Positions 44,101 to 44,855 of a DNA stretch of 44,855 nucleotides are shown piece by piece. The notes below the pieces were generated by a model. It was not told where the DNA came from, did no database searches, and saw nothing but the letters and a program-made list of their open reading frames with translations. Position 1 is the stretch's first letter. Each line of letters starts with the position of its first letter. Made by a program: the position numbers and the translations under genes. Source of the DNA: a phage; assembly GCA_012164735.1 (NCBI GenBank), contig GCA_012164735.1_4544.1; one strand, written 5' to 3'.

Positions 44101-44619
44101 TTAATCTTCCAGTTCGAAATAGGTTTCGACGATTTCTTTTAACTCTGTGTGGAAGTCTTCGACGTCGTCATCTTCCAGCTTGGCGATTGATTTGATCTCG
44201 AACGATTCCAGCAGGTCGTCGAATTCGTCGTTCGCATCGTCGTCATCACCACCGGCGATAATCGCGGCATACTGTTTGATTTCGTCGCGCATCTCCGCCA
44301 GCGGATCGGCATCTTTCTTACCTTTGCCTTTCGCCGGTGCTTTTTTAGCCTTAGCCGGTTTTTCGTCTTCGGCTTCTTCGTCGTCGTCATCTTCTACGAC
44401 TTCTTTTTTGGCCTTACCTTTCGCCGGTGCTTTTTTAGATTTAGCCGGTTTTTCGTCTTCAGCTTCATCGTCGTCATCTTCGACAACTTCTTTTTTGGCC
44501 TTAGACGGCTTCTTGTCTTCCTGTTTACCAACGGCAGCGCCAACGGTTTCATAATGCTTTGCAATGGTTTCCAGTGCTACTACGCCGCGAGTGATCAGGT
44601 TTACGATTTGCTCAAACAT
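44101..44619 (-). CDS. Highly acidic protein with two ~34-aa tandem repeats (start at ATG 44619); first gene of the minus-strand block
   Basis: RBS ggag; KKEVVEDDDDE ... KPAK ... KKAPAKGK repeated twice; ~100-bp DNA direct repeat 44320-44520. Confidence 0.55.
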   Translation of the reverse strand: MFEQIVNLITRGVVALETIAKHYETVGAAVGKQEDKKPSKAKKEVVEDDDDEAEDEKPAKSKKAPAKGKAKKEVVEDDDDEEAEDEKPAKAKKAPAKGKGKKDADPLAEMRDEIKQYAAIIAGGDDDDANDEFDDLLESFEIKSIAKLEDDDVEDFHTELKEIVETYFELED

Positions 44620-44814
44620 GGTATATCTCCGATTGGTTAAGTTTAGGTGTCGGCAGTTAACTTCGTCGGTGGCCTTAACATATTGCCAGGTTACGCGTTC
44701 TCCCGTTCGGGTAGTGGACCTGGTTATATAATCACGGTTGGGAATCCTGACACTTCGATCCGGCCCCTGCGTTGCCCCTCTCCAGTTTGCGTCCTGCATC
44801 CTGTCGACGGAGTG

Positions 44815-44845
44815 AATGATAGATTGGTTGCAGGATAGGTGTCAA
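44815..44845 (-). promoter_or_regulatory. Candidate promoter for the minus-strand block (TTGACA - 18 nt - TATCAT), with ATTGGTTGCA motif in the spacer
   Basis: Hexamers read on the minus strand; motif at 44823-44832. Confidence 0.35.
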
Positions 44846-44855
44846 CAACTAATTT

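Noticed and set aside
1-44855. Lysogeny module (integrase, repressor, attachment site) or tRNA genes
   Set aside because: No ORF with recognisable tyrosine or serine recombinase motifs and no cloverleaf-like tRNA sequence noticed by eye; absence cannot be proven without a search.

Overview
The window reads as a near-complete genome of a tailed dsDNA phage of an enterobacterial host, with a lambda-like siphovirus tail module. No integrase or repressor is visible, so it is probably virulent. Plus-strand genes run from 167 to 32242: an HTH regulator, an AEP-type primase fused to a RecA-like helicase, a set of small genes, holins and endolysin, an Mre11/SbcD-like phosphoesterase, terminase, portal, head morphogenesis, an overlapped Rz/Rz1-type spanin pair, scaffold, major capsid, head-tail connectors, major tail protein, a G/GT frameshifted chaperone, tape measure, M/L/K/I/J-like tail tip genes and a tail fiber with a C-terminal chaperone domain. 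Minus-strand genes run from 44619 down to 32268: an acidic repeat protein, a Cas4-like exonuclease, an SSB-like protein, family A DNA polymerase, VRR-NUC, an SF2 helicase, Dcm- and Dam-type methyltransferases, an HNH-like protein, a HAD phosphatase and a PD-(D/E)xK-like nuclease. Two minus-strand cassettes sit inside the plus-strand structural region (13109-14324 and 29218-30407). The strongest non-coding signals are two paralogous ~206-bp elements carrying GCGGGACA iterons and a shared 67-bp imperfect palindrome, and a highly over-represented ATTGGTTGC/GCAACCAAT motif at operon starts. All calls come from reading the sequence and ORF track by eye; no database search or folding was run.
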